Origin: the human T2T-CHM13v2.0 reference genome, Homo sapiens | Strand: one strand, 5' to 3' | Length of the DNA: 64,000 nt | Assembly: GCF_009914755.1 (NCBI RefSeq) | Contig: NC_060926.1 | Shown here: piece by piece, positions 14,610 to 30,767 of the stretch | How positions within the stretch are numbered: position 1 is the stretch's first letter | How the letters are laid out: every line of letters begins with the position of its first letter | The notes under the pieces: generated by a model | The model's database searches: none | Told to the model about the DNA's origin: nothing | What the model saw: the letters and a program-made list of their open reading frames with translations, nothing else | Program-made: the position numbers and the translations under genes

Positions 14610-15833
14610 GTGAGCGGGGATGGGGCAGCCTGGCTCCATGAAGCTGGCTGGGGTGGAACCAGGGAGGTGTGAGCCACGGAGGATCAGAGTACTGGCCACC
14701 CCGGGCTCCATGGCCCTGGGCCCTTTGTTTCTCTTGGGGACTCAGTCAGTGGTTACCGTCTCTGCCCCACGCCTCTCAGAGCACAAAGGCTTGAGAGCCA
14801 AGAACACCTCCTAAATTTTCTTATCACCTTCCCTGCCAGGAAGCTGGGCGTTGCCAGTGGGGGTCTTGCCAGATATCAGGACCCCTGTCTCTGATCAGGC
14901 CTGGTCCACAGGGCCTGCCTCCCAAAGGGTCTAGAAAGGGATCCTTACAGAAGCACTGTGGGAACTTGGGCTTGAGAGCTGGGAGCCTAGCCCTGGGGGA
15001 CGGGAGTGAGGGCTGCTGATGGTGATCGTCTTGTCCGGATCGTTTCTACTGGGCCCCCCTCCCCTATCCTGCCTGCCCAGTCCCCTTTGTGCAGGCGAGG
15101 CCCTTAGAGCTGTCGCTCAGCCCTGTGGAGCTTTCAGGGCTGAGGGTGAGCAGGACTGACCAGCCTTAGAACGCCGCCGCCCAGAGGTCAGAGTTGAGGT
15201 GGGGGCCGGTGGGGCCTGCTTAGACTGCGGAGCGGGAAGGTTCCCCAGCACCTGGCTCGCCAGAGCACCTGAGAGTCCCGGCCCAGCATCCTGTTCCTGT
15301 CGGCCCTTCCGCCAAACCCAAGGGCAGCAGGCGGGAGCTGTGCCTGCCTGGGGATCCATTCTGACAGGGCCCTTGGAGAAGGCCCAGGTCTGCTGGACCC
15401 CTGACACCTGTGGTAGGAACGCTCCCTGGCCCCGGGACCCTGTGGCCAGCGGGAGGGCACTGGGGCAGGGGACCAGCCAGAGGTAGGTGTCCTGGGAAGC
15501 CTTTCTGACCATGAGCAGAGTGGGCAGGTGTCTGCGGGCACCCGACTGCGTGGGAAAGGGCCTTCTCCACACTGGGGACGGGCCCAGGAGAGGGCAGGGT
15601 TGCCAGAGGTGGCCTCCCAAGACCTGGACCTGAGTCCTGGCCCTCCTCTCACCTCAGTCCCAGCAGGGAGCACCTCCCTCCATGTTGCAGGCAGAAACGG
15701 AGGGAAGGAGGGAGCTGGAAGCCCCTTCACTGGGTTGCAGGCAGTGTGAGCCCTCGCCCAGGGCCCACCTCCGGCAGCTGGCTCTGACCTCACGGCCTAC
15801 CCCCCACTCACTGACCTACCCGGGGCTTCGTAG

Positions 15834-16024
15834 GACCAAGATGCCTCGGGCGTCTCCCCGCTGCACCTGGCCGCCCGTTTTGGACACCCAGTGCTGGTGG
15901 AGTGGCTGCTCCACGAGGGCCACTCGGCCACGCTAGAGACCCGGGAGGGAGCCCGGCCGCTGCACCACGCCGCCGTCAGTGGGGACCTGACCTGCCTCAA
16001 GCTCCTGACAGCCGCGCATGGCAG
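15834..16024 (+). CDS. ESPNL: Espin-like protein exon 2 (ankyrin repeats)
   Basis: tAG acceptor; DQDASGVSPLHLAARFGH...GARPLHHAAVSG; AG|GTAAGG donor. Confidence 0.97.
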
Positions 16025-16999
16025 GTAAGGAGCCCAAAGTCCCGCCTGGGGGGGCAGCCTGGGGCGAGCTGGCCAAGGGGAGGCTGCACCATGGAGGGCC
16101 AAGAGGACAGGCTGGTGGCCTTTGAGGTGAATCCTGCAGGCGGGCATGCTGTCACTGTGGGGGTGAGCTGGCAGGAGCCAAGGGCAATGAGGCCTCTACC
16201 CACAGGCCAGGCAGTGGCAGTGCCATGCCAGGGCCCAAGGGGACACAGGCCAGTGCTTCAGCTTGGAGAGTGGCTGGGGGCGGTGACGATGGCAAGATGC
16301 TGCTGTGATGCCCAGGGCAGCTCTGGCCCCACCTGGGGGCATCTCGGGACCTAAAACAGCTGGGGACGTGGGCAGCTGGCAACCTGTGAGGGCACCCTCC
16401 CATCACCTGACAGGAGTGGGGACTGTCTAGTGGACTTGGGGACACAGAGGCTGGAGCTGCCTCTGCACTGCCCCACCCCTGTGCTGGGACCCCTAGAGCC
16501 GGGCGCTGGCCTCGTCGTCTCTGGGACCCTGTGCCCCCTGCTGGAATTAGTGGATGGGCAACGAGGAAGGACCAGGGTCAGGACAGCCAGTAAGGCAGAT
16601 GGCCTCCCTCCCCACCTGGAAGCTCCTCCAGTCCTCGCCCTGCTTACAAAGGTCACTGTTGTCATAGGAACAGGCCCTCTGCCTCCTACTGTCTTGGCTG
16701 AGGGCGAACCTTCCTGTCCCCCAGGGACCCACCTACCTCTGACCACGGCTCTTCTCTTTTCGAGGCAGCATCTCATTTTCCTGTCGCTGCCCCAGAGGCC
16801 TCAGTCCCCCACACCCCCTTAGCTCCAGGACAAGCCCCGACAGCTTGCTTGTGGAATCGGGTTCTCATTCCCGGGTGTTCCCATCCTGGACTGCTTGGCA
16901 AAGGCCTTTGGGATTCGCTTCTGTGGCTTTTCTCCAGAGCGTCCACACCACCCTCAGCCTTGGCTGGCCACAGTCTCTCTCAGACCCACACGGCTTTTA

Positions 17000-17335
<336 letters not shown>

Positions 17336-18548
17336 AACCAGGAGGCTTCATGTTAATATGCACACACACACGCACACACGCACACACAAATGGGAAGGTC
17401 CTGTACCCCCGGCCTAGTTCCCGCCTGGCATTGACCAGCAGCAGCCGAGAGGTGGCTGCCCCTGGCCAGACCATGCCCCCTCCAGTTGCCCCCGACCCAC
17501 TGGCTGCATCATGGCCTGCTCCCAGCCACCGCGCTGGACATCACCTGTTCCAACCCTGGATGCAGTCAAGGACACCTGGCAGAGTCTGGTGAAAGCACGG
17601 ATCCTCCCCTGAGAAGGGCACCAAGGCATACTGGCAGCCCTTTGGGGCACATTCCATGAGGGAGTGGACCCTCAGGCTCTGCAGGTGCAGGGGACGATCC
17701 CTGTGTGGTCCAAGGCCAGAAAGCAGCCACCAAGGTCCTGTGTCCCCCTTGCTAGGAGCAGGGGAGAGGCTGCTAGGGGGCTGGTACTGGGGGACTTTGT
17801 GAGGGGAGGGGAATTCAAACCCAGGTGCAAGTCCCTGGACAAATCAGCTCCCAGCCTCTGTTTCCCCTCTGCCAGCTGAGGCCTGTGACTGGACTCTCCT
17901 CTGGGGTGGACACTGAGTTGCTCAGATTCGTCTATCAGAAGTGGGGAGCAGGTGTGGGGGTGCTCGTGAGATCCCTTCATTACTCCTCAGCTTCCCCTCC
18001 TGAGAGGGGAAGGGCCCGGAGGTGGAGGGTCTGGGACAGGGTGGCGTGGTCAGCAGGCTTGGCGGGAAAGCAGGCACGAGCCCGAGAGTTGACCCTCCCC
18101 GGTGACTTTGGCCCTGCCTCCACGCCGCCACTGTGACCCCAGCCCAGCCAGTGCAACCCTCAGCTCCACAGCTACCAGGCACCCAGCGCCACCTGCCACA
18201 GGGCACAGGGCAGAGGGAAACCCTAAGGGAGTCGGGGGTCAATCCTGGGCCTCCACTGGGACAACTGAGAACCTGGAAGCCAAGACTGTGACCCCTCAGG
18301 TCTAAGAAGATGCGTGTTTCAGACCTGGACCCAGGAGTCCCCAGAAAAGGACAGGATAGGAGAGTGGGGTTGCACAGCCACCTGGGGGAGCAACCTGGAG
18401 GGGGGAACCCCGCAGCAGCAGCTGGAAAGCATGTGGGAAACTCAGTCATCACGGGCAGGGCCAGGGGGCAGCGGTGAAGTCCAAGCAGCCGAGGGATGGG
18501 CTCAGCCATAGGCAGGGACTGGGCCTCCAAACCCTCCCTTCCCTGCAG

Positions 18549-18735
18549 CAGCGTGAACCGGCGGACACGCAGTGGCGCCTCCCCACTCTACCTGGCCTGC
18601 CAGGAGGGCCACCTGCACCTGGCCCAGTTCCTGGTGAAGGACTGTGGCGCTGACGTGCACCTTCGTGCTCTCGATGGCATGAGCGCCCTGCACGCTGCCG
18701 CCGCCCGTGGCCACTACTCCCTCGTCGTCTGGCTG
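18549..18735 (+). CDS. ESPNL: Espin-like protein exon 3 (ankyrin repeats)
   Basis: CAGCAG acceptor; [13 protein letters not shown]...[13 protein letters not shown]; CTG|GTAAGT donor. Confidence 0.96.
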
Positions 18736-19277
18736 GTAAGTGGGTGCCAGAGGTGGGAAGGGGACATCCAGGGAGTGTGGGCCCTCCAGCAAGCAGAGCC
18801 TGGAGCCTGGATGGGGGCTCCAGAGGGAACTGGGGACACGCAGGGCTGTTGGGGCATCCGATGAGCTGGTCCATGGCTCCCGAGAATCTGCAGCTCCGGC
18901 CAGGCTGGGCCCCGGAAGTTTTGACCACCTGTAGTGCACTCTGCTCTGTGGGGTCGTGCCACGGCTCCCCTGGGGCTCTCCTAGTCCCTCTCTCCCTGGA
19001 AGTCCTGGTAGGCCTCCCAGGTGCTCTCACAGTTGGTGGTGGCCCGGGTGCTTTGTCTGCGCCCACACCAGCAGTGCCCAGTTCGGGCCACTCGACCACT
19101 TGTTCAGGCCCTGCCGCCTGAGATCCCCGGGCCAGCCCCCACCTTCCTCCACTTCTGGCCTCTTTGGGGAAGGAAGACCTGAGACCCCAGAGCAGAGTGG
19201 CTGAGGTTGGGGAGGTGCCATCTTCAAGGGGGGGCTGGGGACTTCCTGCCTCTACAACAGAAAAGCAGAGCAGGTGG

Positions 19278-19425
19278 GACCTGTAACCCCAGCTACTCGG
19301 GAGGCTGAGGCAGGAGAAGTGCTTGAACCTGGGAGGCGGAGGTTGCTGTGAGCCAAGATCACACCACTGAACTCCAGCCTGGGCAACAAAGTGAGACTCT
19401 GTCTCAAAAAAAAAAAAAAAAAAAG
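19278..19425 (+). mobile_element. 5'-truncated Alu (right arm)
   Basis: Right-monomer consensus and poly(A). Confidence 0.9.
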
Positions 19426-21682
19426 AGTAGAGGAGGCCCTCTTTGAGGAGGGGACTTGGGGGCAGAACTGAGGATGGACAGGAGGCGGCCGGACAAGGAG
19501 TGGGGCCCAAAGCAACTTCCTGAGGGGGGCACAGGTCATTCAGAGGCGGGGAGAGCCTGGCCCATGGGGCCCGGGGGCGGGCAGGAAAGGCAGACAGAGG
19601 CGCTGGGAGGACCGGGGCTCTTTCCTGAGGGTCCTGGGGAGCCACGGAAGGCTCGGAGCCAGGAGCAGTAGGATCTGACTGGCATATTGGAAGGTCACTG
19701 TGGCTGCTGATGGAGAAGTGAGAGCTGCCTGCCCCCAGACCTCCCATGCTTGCCTGGGGCCTCCTGTCTCCTGGCTCCCACCCACTCAGTCCAGCTCCTT
19801 CTCCAGCAAGCCAGGCTGGCTCTGCCCCCGGGGCCTTTGCATGCACTGCACCCTGTGCCTGGCACACAGCTCCCCAGCTGCCCCTGGGGCCTTCCCTGCC
19901 CAGCTGGTTTATGGGGGGAGCCGCCTGCCCCGACCATCCTCACTCCTGCTTTCCTCCCCACCGGCGCACCAGCACCAGGCACACGGCGCGTCTGACTCCT
20001 GGCCTTGGTGGTGGTTTCCACCAGCCGGCGTGTAGGCGCCAGGAGCTCCGTGGGTGCAGGACTTCACCACCTGCTACGTTCCCCGCACCTGGCACGCAGT
20101 CAGGCTCGGGAGATGTTTACTGAAGCAATGGGTGGGCAAGTGAAGGAACAGGGGGCCTGGTCCCTTAGGATGGCGCCTGCTGCTCACCATGGCCCTGAGG
20201 CCCTTGGGACGGGTCCCGCCTGCTCACCGTGTCCCCGGGCGCTCGGGATGGCGCTGGCCTGCTCCCCGTGGCCCCAAGATCCTCAGGCTGCTGCCTGCCT
20301 GCCCACTTTGTCCCCAAGGCCGCCTGAATTGGCCTCTAGCCTCCCTTCGTGGAGACTGCAGCCCCTCCCGGTGCCTCGCCTGCAAGTGCGCCCCTCCCCA
20401 CCCCGGGGCTGCCTCTCCAGCTCCTCCTGCTGGAGCAGCCTACCCCAAAGGAAGCTCTCTGGACCTGGGTCCCACCCTGGCCATCCTCCCTTTGCCCCTC
20501 CAGCAGTTCTGACCCATTCACTCCAGACCTCAGCCTCCCAAACTATGCCTGGCTCCTGGGATGAGCGGCGGCTGCACACAGTGGGCAGAGCAGCAGCAGC
20601 TCACCACAGGGGGTCCTGAGGGAGGGAAACAGGGTGTCCACTGAACCCCTAGGACTGTGCTGAGGCATGAGCGGCCTTCCTGGGGAGAAAGCGGGCAGGC
20701 CTCGGGGTCTCAGGGCCAGAGAGGCCACTCCAGATGCGAAGGAGCCCCACGGCAGCCCTGTCCCTGTCTCTGTTTCCAGCTCATTGTGCTTTGCCCAACA
20801 GACACTTCTGAGTACTGATCAGTCAGGAGCGCCCTGGCTGCGCTAGGAGGCACTCACACCGAAGGCGACGGGCTGCTGGCGGCTCTGCTGTTCTCGTGGC
20901 CTCCCCAGTGGGGAAAGCGGGCACACTCAAGGCAGGAAGGAGGGTGAAGGCGGGGAGCCAGCACGCCCATCACCCGTCTGTCAGGAAGGCAGGCTATCCT
21001 AGGAGACCCCCGCGTCCCACTGGCAGGCCCAGGCCCCATGTCTGTCCCAGCTGCACAGGTTTCCGCAAGTCAGTGTAGAGGACTGTCACCTGGCTGGTGC
21101 TGTGGACCACAGCAGGGGCCCTTCAGAAGGCAGATGAGGCCCCAGAGGCAGGGCTGGCCTCAAGTCGCTCCAGCGGTGGTGGCCGGCAGGTCAGGGCCCC
21201 AAACCTCATTGCCTGGCTCGAATCCAGGCCCTGGAGGGAGGCCACAGGACCCGCTGCTCCAGCAAAGGGGCTCAGTGCAAATGCCCAACGAGGCAGCGCC
21301 ACCCTCGGGCCAAATGAAGTTCTTCCCTCCCCGCCCCTCCCTCCCTTCCTTCTCTCCTCTCCTTCCTTCATAGCAAACACATGTTTACTCTTCCCTAGGT
21401 GTTTTCATTTGCCATGATGTTTGCTTTCAGATTTGGGACCATGGTGTCTGCAAATTAAGCTACTGCGCTCACTTCACCCCCACCTGGACCCCAGAGGTCC
21501 TGCTGCCCCAGGGTGACGGGGACGCACGTGCTCAGCCAGCCCTGTCCGGGGTTTCCTGAGGTTGTACCCTGTGCCCCGAGAGGTACAGCCAGAGTCCACT
21601 TTCACTTCTGCTCCAAGCCCCTCCCACTCTGTGTGCCTCCTCCCTGGGAGGATGGCTGCTCCCTCTGCCCCTCCTTCCCCAG

Positions 21683-21865
21683 GTCACATTCACCGACATC
21701 GGACTCACGGCACGGGACAATGAGGGGGCCACGGCCCTGCACTTTGCAGCCCGAGGCGGCCACACGCCCATTCTAGACCGACTCCTGCTGATGGGTACCC
21801 CCATCCTGAGAGACTCCTGGGGTGGGACCCCCCTCCACGACGCAGCAGAGAACGGGCAGATGGAG
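21683..21865 (+). CDS. ESPNL: Espin-like protein exon 4 (ankyrin repeats)
   Basis: ccccAG acceptor; [16 protein letters not shown]...[12 protein letters not shown]; GAG|GTAAGG donor. Confidence 0.97.
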
Positions 21866-21899
21866 GTAAGGTGGGCGTGAGGGAGACAGGGTGAGCAGT

Positions 21900-22070
21900 C
21901 ACAAGTGCCAGCCATGCCCAGTGCTGTGTCACTGACCCTCACAGCAACCCTGTAAGAGTGATGACCCTCTTTTACAGATAGGTAAACTGAGGCTCTAAGT
22001 GGCACTGTCACTTGCCCAAGGTCAAGATCCCAGGGTCAAGTGGCAAGATCCAAGCTCTATGCTCTCGTCC
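21900..22070 (-). mobile_element. MIR fragment
   Basis: MIR core: tttacagataggtaaactgaggct...acttgcccaaggtca. Confidence 0.7.
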
Positions 22071-23309
22071 TGCGTACCATCCTCCCTCCCTTCGCGCAGA
22101 AACTCCCTCGTGCCTGGTCAGGGCTTGGTCTTGGTGACAGTCTTCTCAGAACAGCCCTTGGGGCGGACCCTCTGCTGTGAGCAGCCTGCGAGTAGAGCTG
22201 TGGCAGGGGTGTGATGTCAGCCCCTTTGCTATTACCCAGATAAATCTTGGGGGCTCACATGGCCCAGCCTCAAGGACACGACATCCAAAAACCCCACGTA
22301 GGCAGGGATGGTATTCAAATGTTCAACAACATCAGAACCACACCCAGCCTTTGAGGGTGGGTGCAGCCATCAGCTGCTGGCCCTGCCCGGGTGCCCACCC
22401 GATGTCGACCTCATCTAAAGGCAAGGCCCCATCTCAGGAGAATGCACACAGTTTACTTCTCCCCAGCCCCATCCGGTCCTGAGCAGTGTCGGGTCTGTTC
22501 ACCTCCATGAAGTCTCCTGGTTCCCCACGTTCTTCCAAAGCCTCCTGGGCCCAGGCTGCTCAGTCGGGAGCCAGCAGCGTGCTCCAGGCCTCTGCAAGGC
22601 TAGTCTGGGGGGATTTTAAGTGGAAGTGCAACCAACCATCGCATTCTGGGTCTGCAAGTCTAGACAACTGCTCCCAGCTAGAACCCAAGGTCTTCCTGGG
22701 GCCCCGGGTCACCCAGTCTCAGCAGTGCCATTGAAACAATCACACACGGTGCAGCCGCAGAGCCATCGGAAGGCACCGCATTCCCTGCAGAGCTGAGCCT
22801 TTGGCAGAATGCAGAGGAAACCCAATCCCCCCTCCCGGCAGCGCTGCTGAAAGCATCTTTCTCTGAGGCCCCCCAGCTACCGCCCTTCCTCTCACCATCC
22901 CCCGTCCACTCAGCTCTGCACAACCCAGCTCTGTCTCCCCAGTCTCTGTCCCCAACCTAGACAGAGATAGGAAGTGGGGGGAGGGGTGACCCGCAGGCCC
23001 TGGGAGGCATGTCCCTGACAGGTGGCTGGTGGCAGGAGGAGCTCTGCTGAGTGGCTCAGGCAGGCCCCAGGAGACTCGGCTCAGAAGGGGTAAGTGGCCC
23101 CTGGCCAGGGGTTTTTAAGCTTTTTTAAAGCAGCAAAATCTTCTTTCAAATGAAATATTTGATAGCAGCCCAAGAAGTTTAATAAATCAGCTGACTCCTC
23201 TGGCTCCTCAGCTTCCCTCTGTAAAAAGAAAATTACTCAAGCCTCAAAACAGAGACTTCTTCCCTTTTAAATTTCTTACTGTGGAATTCAAAACACACAA
23301 CAGCGTGTC

Positions 23310-23548
23310 ATCACCGTGTGCAACCTCTAACTCCTAGGCTCAAGCAATCCTCCTGCCTCAGCCTCCTGAGTAGCTGGGACTATAGGCGCACGCCACCACG
23401 CCCAGCTAATTTTTTAAAAAAATTTTGTAGAGATGGGAGTCTCACTGTGCTGAGCCCAGGCAGGCCTCAAACTTCTGGGCTCAAGCAATCCTCCCACCTC
23501 AGCCTTCCAAAGTGCTGGGATGACAGGTGTGAGCCACTATGCCCAGCC
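23310..23548 (-). mobile_element. Partial antisense Alu (AluJ-like)
   Basis: Reverse Alu motifs. Confidence 0.85.
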
Positions 23549-23663
23549 TTTTCCTCCATTCTTGACAACTTATGTTAGTACAGTACATTTGTCACAATTA
23601 GTGAACCCAAACTAGCACAGTGTTACTAACTAGAGCCCACACTTCATTCAGATGCCCTTAGCT

Positions 23664-24513
23664 TTTACCGAATGTCCCTTTTCTATCCCAGGATCCCATT
23701 TAGGATGCCATACGTTACCGAGTGTCCCTTTTCTGTCCCAGGATCCCATTTAGGATGCCATACGTTACCGAGTGTCCCTTTTCTGTCCCAGGATCCCATT
23801 TAGGATGCCACACGTTACCGAGGGTCCCTTTTCTGTCCCAGGATCCCATTTAGGATGCCACACGTTACCGAGTGCCCCTTTTCTGTCCCAGGATCCCATT
23901 TAGGATGCCACACGTTACCGAGTGTCCCTTTTCTGTCCCAGGATCCCATTTAGGATGCCACACGTTACCGAGTGTCCCTTTTCTGTCCCAGGATCCCATT
24001 TAAGGTGCCACATGTTACCGAGTGTCCCTTTTCTGTCCCAGGATCCCATTTAGGGTGCCATATGTTACCGAGTGTCCCTTTTCTGTCCCAGGATCCCATT
24101 TAGGGTGCCATATGTTACCGAGTGTCCCTTTTCTGTCCCAGGATCCCATTTAGGGTGCCATATGTTACCGAGTGTCCCTTTTCTGTCCCAGGATCCCATT
24201 TAGGATGCCATATGTTACCGAGTGTCCCTTTTCTGTCCCAGGATCCCATTTAGGGTGCCATATGTTACCGAGTGTCCCTTTTCTGTCCCAGGATCCCATT
24301 TAGGGTGTCATATGTTACCGAGTGTCCCTTTACTGTCCCAGGATCCCATTTAGGGTGCCATATGTTACCGAGTGTCCCTTTTCTGTCCCAGGATCCCATT
24401 TAGGATGCCATATGTTACCGAGTGTCCCTTTTCTGTCCCAGGATCCCATTTAGGATGCCATATGATACCGAGTGTCCCTTTTCTGTCCCAGGATCCCATT
24501 TAGGATGCCATAT
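23664..24513. repeat. 50-bp VNTR, 17 copies, amplified inside an L1MC-like 3' fragment (about 23580-24565)
   Basis: Unit GTTACCGAGTGTCCCTTTTCTGTCCCAGGATCCCATTTAGGRTGCCAYAY with exact 50-nt period; flanks resemble the antisense L1MC 3' end. Confidence 0.95.
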
Positions 24514-24678
24514 GATATTTAATTATCAAGTCTCCTCAGATGCCTCTTGGCTCTGACAGCTTTTTCCCATTTAAAAATAAAATGTCAAAACAATGAGTTG
24601 ATCCTCCAGCAGCCTCTAAAGAGGAATGATGGTTACTTTTAATAGGTTTTGTGTTTCAGTATATCACATTAGTTATTC

Positions 24679-27200
<2,522 letters not shown>

Positions 27201-28414
27201 AGAGCTTTATTTCTATTTCTTTGTGGGCTGGGTCTTCTGGTTCTTGTTCATGGTATTTTATTTCCTTGTATTTTTATTTTTGTTGACATATGCTGACATG
27301 AAAAATGAAGCGTAGGCATAACTGGAGGCCTTAGCAATATCTTATTTGCCTTTGCTGGGCACATGTGGGCCTAGGATCATCTTAATCCGCATTCCAGGCA
27401 GGAAGTTCCCAGGACCACCTCCGTGACAGGAACCAGGGGCCTGGCTGGCGTCTGGCTTCCATTTTCTCTGAGGGTGGAGCCCTTGGCCACATCGGGAGGT
27501 GGTCAACCAGAGCCCCCACCCCTGATGGAACCCGCACGGTTCCTGGCCTCCCTGGTCCCCTGAGGCTGCGGGAGGACGGCACATCATATAACTGTTCTTC
27601 CGTCGTCAGCCCAGGCTCAGGGCAAGAGCAGTTCTGAGTGCTGGGCTCCCCGACACCCCTCACCCCCCAGGCTTTCCTTTTCTCCTGAGTGTGGCCGTGT
27701 CACTCCTGACTTCTGCGTTACCTTACTGAGGCTGTCAGCAGGTGACTTTTACAGTGAATCCGTGTTTCACGTCCTTGGGCAGTGGGTTGGTCTGACCCAC
27801 CTGGTTCTCTCCTCCCTGGAGTGGATCCATCTGCTCACCTGCTTTTCCACTGCTGTGGCCTCTGCACAGACTTCCAGACAGAGTTCTGTCTGTCACTACC
27901 CACCCTCTGCTGACAATCCCAGCGGTGATGGGGTCCGTCACTCTGGGGGAGAGGTTCCCTTCCTCCTCCCCATGGCTCTGTTCCTATCAGGGCTTTGCCC
28001 TCTCTCCCCAGCACCATTTGGGGCCAGGTCTGACACTTGTCCCCCTTCCTCTGCCGTGACACCCCTCATACTCCTGCAGACCCCGTAACTCCCCTCCTCC
28101 GCATCCTGGCCTCCTCTTCCCAGCAACAGCTCCTTGGGGACGCTCCGCCTCCACCCACCCACACACCCACCGCGCCCTGGCAAACCTTTGCCATTCCCCC
28201 AGCCCAGAGCCTCCGGGAGCAGTGCCTCTCTCCAGCGACTGGCTTCAGCGACCTGCCCCAGCCTCCCCAGCCCCGGTGTCCTTGCACATCTGACAAATGC
28301 TTCCTGCTTCCTCAGCCACACCAGCCACTGGCTCAGCCCTTCTGGGCCTCCAGGAGCCTTCAGGCGTTATCTGGTTCAAGCCTCCCAGCAGCCCCCGGGG
28401 AAGGGGTGTGCGCA

Positions 28415-28660
28415 CGCCTGATTTTGTGTGGCCCCACAAGCTCAAAATAGTTTTTCCCTTTTTAAATGGGGAAAAGGAAAAAGAATCACATCTCATGACA
28501 CATGAAACTCATCTGAAGTTAAAATGTCAGTGCCCACAAATAAAGCCTTGTGGGCACCCGGCCACGCTATGGGTGGCAGCTTTCGCACCACGACCAGGGT
28601 TGCATATTTGTGCCAGAGCCGGCGGCCCCCGGGCTGAGCTGCTTACTCTCTGGAGGGCAG
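28415..28660. mobile_element. MER58B-like DNA transposon remnant
   Basis: Decayed match to the recalled consensus (tttttaaatgg...tgacacatgaaa...aaataaag...gccacgct). Confidence 0.55.
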
Positions 28661-28762
28661 CACGGCACCCAGGAAGGCAGGCAGTGCGTGAGCAGACACC
28701 CCAGTCCGCAGCTTAGAGGCGCAGGGTCATCATCCTCAGGCAGTGACAAGCCCTGTGGCTCT

Positions 28763-28874
28763 GCGGTTCTGGCGCTGGTCTTGCGGCGGTTCTGGCTCCG
28801 GTCTTGCGGTGGTTCTGGCTCTGGTCTTGTGGCGGTTCTGGAGCTGATCTTGCGGCGGTTCTGGCACTGGTCTT
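28763..28874. repeat. 23-bp tandem repeat (GCGGCGGTTCTGGCNCTGGTCTT), about 5 copies
   Basis: Visible periodicity. Confidence 0.85.
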
Positions 28875-29393
28875 TCGGACCTGCAGGGATTCCAGGGAGC
28901 AGGGCTCTATCTTTTTGTCCACCTTCCCCTGGTGGCGCTGTGGCCTCCTCAGGCTGTGGCCACCTTGGAGGCCATGGAACTCAGGGCAGAGGAGGGAGGG
29001 GAAGGAAGCCCTCCAGAGGATTCCCCCAGGACAAGGCACTCGCCCTCGAGGTCTCAAGCTGACCTGCTAGCTGCGCAGGTGAGTGTCGGTAGGGGCCGGG
29101 GCAAGGGAGGCTGGTGGTGCCGACCATAGATCAATGCAGGTGTCCTTACTTTACAGACAGGCCCAGTTAGCTGGCCAAGTTCTCTGACCAGCAAGTCACA
29201 GAGCCAGATGAGCTCAAGGCCACTGGACTTCGCTGCCAGGCCCCCTGCCACACACGACAGCGTCACGTTGTATTTACTCACGGCATGGCACACCCGCCGC
29301 TCCACATGCATGCTGAACCTGTATTTATCTGTAGAGAATGAACACTAATTGCACCTTTTATAGGTGAGGCACTGCAGTCCAGAGAGGAGCTGA

Positions 29394-29726
<333 letters not shown>

Positions 29727-30635
29727 TAGTTCAATTCAGTGTCACCCAAAGATGCTGAGGCCCAGCTGGTCTATCTCAGAGATACATTTGGGTCAAAGGC
29801 ACAGTTTTGTGAACACAGCGTTCGCCTAACTCGAGTTCGTTTTTGTGTTTCCCTGGTACTACAAAAGAGACACAGAAATGTTTACAGAATAAAGTACAGA
29901 ATTCATTCTTGAGGTCCCCCGTCCCTCTTCCAACTGAATCCTTCACAGGCCAAGATGTCCTCTAGCCTTCCAGTCCTGTGGACTCCCTCCCCAGCTTCCT
30001 TCCCTCCCCTCTTCCTCCCCATTCCCATCACAAGAGCCCATCAGGTACAAGGAGACAGGAGGGTCCTGGCCCCAAGTTGGCTGGGTAGGAGCATGCAGTG
30101 TGGCTGGCAAAGGTGGTGAGCGGCTTGGTCAGGCATGAGCTGGTGCTCCAGGCACTAGGGGGGAACCTCATTGGGCCAGGAGGATGGTCCCACGGAGAGT
30201 GGGGCTGTGGCAGGAAGTAGCCCTGAGTCCCTGGGGCAGGGGCCGGTTGCTTGTCTCTCTGAGCCTCGTCTCTTCACGTGCATTGATCCACACCTCCAAG
30301 GGTGGCAAACATGGAAACTGGTTCTGCATTTGACACTTGGGCCATGGCAGCTGTGAGGGGTCTGGACGGGGCACCCTGATGCCTGTCAGCTCAGCACTGC
30401 TTCATAAGCAGTGCCTGGTACTGTCTGGGCCAGGACAGGGTGGCTGTGGGATGAGGCTCGGGGGCTCCTAGGCAGGTCTCTGGCACCCCACGGCCCAGAT
30501 TCAAGTCCTGCCCCTGCTGGGAAGGGCATCAGGGCAGCCTGCGCCATGGGGCAGGGGAGCGGCCCGCACAGGGCCAGTCCCATGGGCACCTGGTTTGTGT
30601 CGTGGTGGGTCACACGTGTGCCCTCCTCACTGCAG

Positions 30636-30767
30636 TGCTGCCAGACCCTAGTCTCCCACCACGTGGACCCCTCCCTGCGGGATGAAGATGGTTACACGGC
30701 GGCAGACCTGGCGGAGTACCATGGACACCGGGACTGCGCCCAGTACCTGCGGGAGGTGGCCCAGCCG
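30636..30767 (+). CDS. ESPNL: Espin-like protein exon 5 (last ankyrin repeat)
   Basis: tgcAG acceptor; DEDGYTAADLAEYHGHRDCAQYL; CCG|GTAAGG donor; 132 nt, phase 0-0. Confidence 0.95.

Noticed and set aside
18449-19867. 472-aa minus-strand ORF
   Set aside because: Runs through an Alu arm and antisense to ESPNL exon 3; low-complexity P/G/S/R composition expected by chance in GC-rich DNA; no domain
23664-24513. Regularly spaced repeats resembling a CRISPR array
   Set aside because: Units are head-to-tail with no unique spacers, there are no cas genes, and the DNA is human intron; this is a VNTR
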